Origin: Longimicrobiales bacterium
GTDB taxonomy: Bacteria; Gemmatimonadota; Gemmatimonadetes; Longimicrobiales; Gaopeijiaceae
Direction of reading: 5' to 3'
Length of the DNA stretch: 64,000 nt
NCBI GenBank assembly: GCA_965238005.1
Contig: OZ250165.1
Span: 1 to 64,000, forward strand
Position 1 is the first letter of the stretch. Each line of letters opens with the position of its first letter. A model generated the notes under the pieces. The model ran no database searches. It saw only the letters and a list, made by a program, of their open reading frames with translations, and was not told where the DNA came from. Made by a program: the position numbers and the translations under genes. Positions 58,967-64,000 of the stretch are shown here, in pieces.

Positions 58967-59863
58967 GTGACGACCTCCTTCGAGCACGGTGGTCCGAGCG
59001 GCGTGTCCCGCGACGTGTCCGGCGGCGTGTCCGGCGACGTGACCGGCGACGTGACGTGGCTGATCATGGGGGGCGGAGCCCTCAAGGGACTGGCCCACAT
59101 CGGAGCTTGGAAGGCCGTCCAGGAGGCTGGCGTTCCGGTAGCCGGAATCATCGGGACGAGCATCGGAGCCATGGTCGGGGCCGCCTTCGCGGGAGGCCGC
59201 AGCGTCGAGGAGATGGAGGCCTCTGCACGTAGCCTGAAGCGACGCGACCTCATCCGGCTGAACCGCCGGGCCGTGTGGATCAACGGCATCCGTGCCGCAA
59301 GCGTGTTCCAGGGAGGCCCTCTCAGGGAGTACATCCGTGGGCTCCTTCCAACGGAGCGTTGGCATGAGCTTCAGATTCCGATGGCCGTGAACGTGGTCGA
59401 CCTGGCGTCGGGCGAGACGGTCTGGCTCGGCCATCGGGGTGACACCGACATCCCTCTGGTCGACGCAGTATATGCGTCGTGTGCGCTTCCGGTTCTGTTT
59501 CCGTTGGCGGAGGTGGATGGTCGATTCCTCATGGACGGTGGTGTTCAGGAGACGCTGCCTCTGCAGCGGGCCTCGGACATGGGGGCCACCCGCATCATCG
59601 CCGTCGATGCCGGGGCGGGCCCGGACGCAGACGCCCGCCTGGTTGCCAAGGAGGGGCTGGTGGCGGTCCATCAGAGGGTCTTCGCCATCATGTCCGGTCA
59701 GAAGCGGAAGGACACGGTACGCGATTGGACAGGCGTCCCGTTGACCCTGGTGCGGCCCGATCTGGAGGCCCAGGGAGGCTTCGACTTCGACCGGATCGAG
59801 TACTTTCTGGAAGAGGGGTATCGGGCCACCCGAGAGGCTCTTTCCGTCAAGGTCGATGTCTGA
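58967..59863 (+). CDS. patatin-like phospholipase
   Basis: GGGALKG, GTSIG, DGG. Confidence 0.92.
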   Translation: MTTSFEHGGPSGVSRDVSGGVSGDVTGDVTWLIMGGGALKGLAHIGAWKAVQEAGVPVAGIIGTSIGAMVGAAFAGGRSVEEMEASARSLKRRDLIRLNRRAVWINGIRAASVFQGGPLREYIRGLLPTERWHELQIPMAVNVVDLASGETVWLGHRGDTDIPLVDAVYASCALPVLFPLAEVDGRFLMDGGVQETLPLQRASDMGATRIIAVDAGAGPDADARLVAKEGLVAVHQRVFAIMSGQKRKDTVRDWTGVPLTLVRPDLEAQGGFDFDRIEYFLEEGYRATREALSVKVDV

Positions 59864-60254
59864 CTCTTCACGACGGCCAGTATTCTCCAGGGCCCTCCTG
59901 TTCCTGGCGGTACTGCTGGGCGCCTCGGGCTGCGGAGACGTGGCGCCGGTCAGCGCACCCGGAACCCTGACCGCCACCGTCGAGTCGCCCAACGGGGCGG
60001 AGGGCGCGGCGCTGATCCGTCTCATCGGCGGGGGTGTCGCGTTCCTGGAGCCACTCACCGGCGATCTCCACAATAGCGTCGTGGGCGATACCACGAAGGT
60101 CCTCGTGGTCTTGGACACCCCGGGGGACGTTGCATTCCGCTTGAACGTTGCCGACACGACGCGACCGCCGGTGGCGACGCTGCTCCAGGTCGCCGACGGT
60201 CAGAACGAGCTGAGGGCCGGCTTGCTCGGATACAGCGTGAGGTTCACACCGTGA
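59856..60254 (+). CDS. hypothetical lipoprotein
   Basis: Lipobox ASGC, beta-rich sequence, overlaps both neighbours. Confidence 0.7.
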   Translation: MSDSSRRPVFSRALLFLAVLLGASGCGDVAPVSAPGTLTATVESPNGAEGAALIRLIGGGVAFLEPLTGDLHNSVVGDTTKVLVVLDTPGDVAFRLNVADTTRPPVATLLQVADGQNELRAGLLGYSVRFTP

Positions 60255-62143
60255 GCCGGTGGATGGTCCTCTGGGTATTCGCCGGGATGGCGTCGTGGGG
60301 GGCCTTGGGAGAGGCGCACGCCCAGGACATCGAGGCCCTCGCAGAGATCCGGGGCATCATGTTACCGCACGAGTACTACGATCGCGTTCTGCGGAACCCC
60401 GACGTCTTCGAGCTTCCACAAGTGTGGAGAGGCCAGAGGCCCCAGGCGGTGCACGGTCAGAGGATGCCGGTGGCCGGGCGGTTCCAACTCCTGGTCATTC
60501 CCGCGCTCTTTGCGGACTCGGAAGAGCCCCTGTTCCCCGTGGAGGACATCCGAAGAGTCATCTTCGACGGACCTTCGGAGGCCGGCACGCTCACGGACTT
60601 CTACCTCGAGGCGTCGGGTGGGCTCCTGGAGGTCGAGGGGGTCGTAGCCCCGTGGGTACGGACCAGCCTCACGGTTGCCGAGGTGGTGGGCGAGAGCTTC
60701 GGGCTGGGCGACAACACCGGGACCGGGAATTTCCTGGTGGAGGCCGTGACCCTGGCCGACGAGGTCATCGACTTCACGCAGTTCGACAACGACGGCGCGG
60801 ACGGCGTCCCGAACAGCGGTGACGACGACGGGATCGTCGACGTGGTGAACTTCGAGTTCCAGGAGGTCTCGGCGTCGTGCGGTGGGCCGGCCATCTGGCC
60901 CCACCGGAGCGCCATGTTCTTCTGGCTGGGCGACGCATTGGCGACCCAGGACGTGGGCTTCGACGGCACCCCCATACTCTTGTTGGGATACACGATCACG
61001 AGCGCGGCCGACTGCACGGGCGAGACCCTCCAGACTGCGGGCGTCGTCTCTCACGAGTTCGGGCACGTCCTGGGCCTTCCGGACCTTTATCATCCCATCG
61101 ACGGACTCGAGCCACAGTTCCGCCGGTGGGTGCTCGGATGCTGGGGCCTCATGGCCGCGGGCTCCTGGGGGTGCGGAGACGGAACCACGCGGGGAGACAG
61201 CTTCGGGCCCACGCACTTCAGCCCCTGGTCCAAGGAGCAGCTCGGCTGGGTCCAGTGGCTCGAGGTGGGAGACGTGTTCGACGAGGAGTACGTCATGGGC
61301 CCGGCTCAGCAGAGCCGCCAGGCGCTCTGGGTCCCGCTGGACGACGACGGCGTCGAGTTCCTGGTTCTCGAGTACCGTCCGCAGACGGGCTTCGACGCCA
61401 ACCTACCGTCCTCCGGTGTCCTCATGTACCACTGGGATACGGAGGGTTCACGACGTCCAGATCGGGGAACGGGCGTTCACTACCTCTTCGCCATGGTGGA
61501 GGCGGACGGCCGCACGGACCTCCGCCTCACGGCCCTGAACGGAGGCAATCGAGGCGGGGCCTCGGACGCCTGGGGGCTCGGCGCGTCTCCGGTGCTCCTG
61601 AACAACGAGACCAGCCCCGGGACGCGTCGTCACGCCGGATCCGCTCCGAGTCGCGTGACGGTCCACTCCATCGCCTTGGCCGGGGGCGAGGCCCGCGTTC
61701 GGCTCACCACCAGCCGAGTACCCGGCATCGTGGACGTGGGCGCCTTGCCGGACGGGAGCCAATTCAACCCCTACACGGGCCGGCTGACCATCGCCGGGGG
61801 GCTGATGCCCTACACGGCGTTCATAGATGACGCCCTGCCGTCTGGTGGCATGACCGTGGCCACGGACAGAATGGAGCTCGTCGTGGGCGGGGCGCCAGAG
61901 CTCATTGGCGACTTAGAGCTCAGCGTCGGCATCGAGGACTCCCAGGGCAACGTGCGCATCGTGGTCGTGCCTCTGACCGTGAGGGCGTTCGTGATGACCC
62001 TGGAGCGGGCTCTGACCCCGTTTCTCGATTCCGAGGCCGTGCCCCTCAATGCCGGTGAGCGGTTGATTCTCGACTCACGTGGGAACGACAACGGCTTCTA
62101 CGACATCGGGGATCTGCGGGCCTTCCTGCGAGGGGGCGCCTGA
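60251..62143 (+). CDS. M6-family (immune inhibitor A-like) metalloprotease
   Basis: Signal peptide, FDNDGADG, IWPH, HEFGHVLGLPDLY, LMAAGSW. Confidence 0.9.
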   Translation: MSRWMVLWVFAGMASWGALGEAHAQDIEALAEIRGIMLPHEYYDRVLRNPDVFELPQVWRGQRPQAVHGQRMPVAGRFQLLVIPALFADSEEPLFPVEDIRRVIFDGPSEAGTLTDFYLEASGGLLEVEGVVAPWVRTSLTVAEVVGESFGLGDNTGTGNFLVEAVTLADEVIDFTQFDNDGADGVPNSGDDDGIVDVVNFEFQEVSASCGGPAIWPHRSAMFFWLGDALATQDVGFDGTPILLLGYTITSAADCTGETLQTAGVVSHEFGHVLGLPDLYHPIDGLEPQFRRWVLGCWGLMAAGSWGCGDGTTRGDSFGPTHFSPWSKEQLGWVQWLEVGDVFDEEYVMGPAQQSRQALWVPLDDDGVEFLVLEYRPQTGFDANLPSSGVLMYHWDTEGSRRPDRGTGVHYLFAMVEADGRTDLRLTALNGGNRGGASDAWGLGASPVLLNNETSPGTRRHAGSAPSRVTVHSIALAGGEARVRLTTSRVPGIVDVGALPDGSQFNPYTGRLTIAGGLMPYTAFIDDALPSGGMTVATDRMELVVGGAPELIGDLELSVGIEDSQGNVRIVVVPLTVRAFVMTLERALTPFLDSEAVPLNAGERLILDSRGNDNGFYDIGDLRAFLRGGA

Positions 62144-62144
62144 G

Positions 62145-62933
62145 CTACAAGGAGGCGGCCGAGCTCTGCATCTCCTGGGACTCGAAGAACGACTGAAGCA
62201 CACGGGCCACCCCCTCCCGGGTGGATATGGCTGCGGGAGGACATCCCACGTACTGCTGAAACGCTCGACGGAGAGCCGAGTTCGTCGAGTATCCGAGGGC
62301 GTGGGCCACACCCTCCACCGTGGCGGTGTCCCCCTGGAGCAGGCGAGCCGCCTGGAATAGTCGTCCCCAGAGGAGGAGGGCTCGTGGCGACGGAAGACCG
62401 TGGCGACTCAGCTCCCTCGCGAGCTTGCTTCGGGACAGCCCCATGCTCTTCGCCAACTCGTCCACGCCGGGGCGCTCGAAGGAGTGCTCCATGGACCATC
62501 GGACGACGGCTACGCCCAAAGCCGCGAGGCGCCCCTCGAGCGCGGTCTCCACGGCCCCCGCGGCAGGCCGAGGCGAGCGAGCGGCTGAGGTGGCCCGAAT
62601 GGCCGGCGCCGAGTCTTCGAGGCCGGCCAGGATCACGGCATCGATCTGTTGCCGCCCCACCTCGAAGAGGTCCAGCTCCCGATCGGTGAAGTCCGGGTAG
62701 ACGACGATGGCCAGGTCGGGACGCCTCCGCCTCAGTCGTCCGAGCTTCGGAGGGGGAACGGCGCCGGTGGGAGGGTAGATGTCGATGATGCAGCCCGACC
62801 AGGGAGCTTTGGGGGCGGCGCTCCACAGCCTCGCCCAGGTCCGGTGGGACCGGAGCTCGTACTTGGATCCCAGCGCGTCGGCCAGCCGAGCCGTCGCGCG
62901 AGGATCGGGCTGGAGGACCGCTAGTGTCAACAC
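62145..62933 (-). CDS. AraC-family transcriptional regulator
   Basis: Receiver-like N-terminus. VEGVAHALGYSTNSALRRAFQQYVGCPP. Confidence 0.85.
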   Translation of the reverse strand: MLTLAVLQPDPRATARLADALGSKYELRSHRTWARLWSAAPKAPWSGCIIDIYPPTGAVPPPKLGRLRRRRPDLAIVVYPDFTDRELDLFEVGRQQIDAVILAGLEDSAPAIRATSAARSPRPAAGAVETALEGRLAALGVAVVRWSMEHSFERPGVDELAKSMGLSRSKLARELSRHGLPSPRALLLWGRLFQAARLLQGDTATVEGVAHALGYSTNSALRRAFQQYVGCPPAAISTREGVARVLQSFFESQEMQSSAASL

Positions 62934-62944
62934 GTTGTTGTGGG

Positions 62945-63268
62945 TCAGTCCTCCGGCTCGACGACCACGGCAGTCCCGTAACAGAGCATCTCGGCCGCGC
63001 CCGTTTGGATCATTGAAGTCTGGAAGCGGAGGCTCAGCACCGCGTTGCCTCCGAGGGCCTCGGCCTCTTCCACCAGCCGGTCGATGGCCTGCTCCCGCGC
63101 CTCGGCCAGCATCTTCGTGTACTCGTGGATCTCGCCACCGGCCAGGTTCCGCAGGACCGCCATGACGTCCTTGCCCACGTGACGTGCTCGAATGGTGTTT
63201 CCCCGAACGAGCCCCAGCATGCGCACGACCCTCATCCCGGCGATGTCGGGTGTGGTGACGACGATCAT
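62945..63268 (-). CDS. YbjQ/UPF0145-family protein
   Basis: VRGNTIRARHVGKD...GGEIHEYT...YGTAV. Confidence 0.92.
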   Translation of the reverse strand: MIVVTTPDIAGMRVVRMLGLVRGNTIRARHVGKDVMAVLRNLAGGEIHEYTKMLAEAREQAIDRLVEEAEALGGNAVLSLRFQTSMIQTGAAEMLCYGTAVVVEPED

Positions 63269-63684
63269 CTGTAGACGTCCCGGTAGGGATCGGTGAGCCA
63301 CTCCTTGTAGCGCTCGTAGATGACGCTGACGAAGAGGAACAGGATGCCCACGCCGATAGCCGAGGTGGCCAGCTTCTCCCAGGGATCGATGGCGGACACC
63401 AGGTACAGGTAGGACCCGTAAGTGGCCCAGACCGTGAATCCGACCAGGACGAGGAGCCAACCGATGGGTCGCGTCAGTCGCCTGTGCACCACGCTCCAGA
63501 CCGAATCGTCCCGGCTGAGTGTGAACGTCATGGCCTGAAGGTCCTCCTTCATGGCACCGAACACCGCCACGTCCCGCTGCAGCTCGGTGGACGCGGCGAC
63601 TGCGGACTCGACTCTTGCACGCTCCTCGGGCGCGACCTCGCCGTCGAGGTAGCGCATGAGCGTCTCGTGACTGACGCCTGTCAC
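63265..63684 (-). CDS. anti-sigma factor (membrane)
   Basis: LMRYLDGE N-domain, two TM helices, downstream of an ECF sigma gene. Confidence 0.8.
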   Translation of the reverse strand: MTGVSHETLMRYLDGEVAPEERARVESAVAASTELQRDVAVFGAMKEDLQAMTFTLSRDDSVWSVVHRRLTRPIGWLLVLVGFTVWATYGSYLYLVSAIDPWEKLATSAIGVGILFLFVSVIYERYKEWLTDPYRDVYR

Positions 63685-63708
63685 GACGTGATCCTCCCGG
63701 GACCGGGT

Positions 63709-64000
63709 CTACGGATACTCAGCGTTCATCTCCAGCAGCGCAGCACGCAGGGCGTTGCGGGCGTGATATAGCCGACTGGCCACAGTGCCTTCAGGGATAT
63801 CCAGAATGCTGGCGATCTCGGCATAACGAAAGCCCTCGAGCTCCTTCAGCACGAGAATCTCCCGGTACTCCTCTCCGATTTCATGGAGCGCGTCCCAAAG
63901 GGTCTCCTGGGCTTCGCTTCGCTGTCGCAGGCGCTCGGGATTCGTCGCAGAGCCGGCGGGCCGAAGCTCGAGCCGCTCGTCCCTCGTCTGGAGGCGTCCA
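63709..64000 (-). CDS. ECF sigma factor (C-terminal part, runs off window)
   Basis: Manual translation: YREILVLKELEGFRYAEIASILDIPEGTVASRLYHAR. Confidence 0.9.
   Translation of the reverse strand, partial: GRLQTRDERLELRPAGSATNPERLRQRSEAQETLWDALHEIGEEYREILVLKELEGFRYAEIASILDIPEGTVASRLYHARNALRAALLEMNAEYP

Overview
High-GC bacterial window, probably Gemmatimonadota. This is an inference from the protein styles, such as the MSDAITRLNAALEGRYAIERELGEGG kinase N-terminus. It has two halves. The first (1 to ~31.3 kb) is a heavily rearranged accessory island. It contains a Cre-like tyrosine recombinase next to a lox-like palindrome, three P4-type integrase fragments, two alpA copies and an oriT-mobC remnant. 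It also carries IS1595 (with passenger genes), IS256 x3, IS21, IS630 and IS1182 elements, and conflict/defence-like cargo (HEPN, PIN, TOTE primase-helicase, PD-(D/E)XK, pentapeptide, TerB-like). The second half (~31.3 to 64 kb) is core genome: dsbA-like/ccdA, hydrolases, ferredoxin, bacilliredoxin, fadI, a suf operon, patatin, an M6 protease and an ECF sigma/anti-sigma pair. It also holds three copies of a MITE, decayed molybdoenzyme genes and an IS1111-type IS110 element. Two signals stand out. (a) A family of six diverged ~145-bp non-coding repeats has a near gap-free 85-bp core, an invariant GCAGATCGTGCAG and covarying inverted repeats; copies sit at gene-truncation breakpoints, so this is a candidate undescribed recombination-site or structured-RNA system. 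(b) The IS1111 element has readable bridge/seekRNA guides, and its non-coding end is tandemly duplicated exactly at the core TG of its own target guide, which suggests self-targeting.
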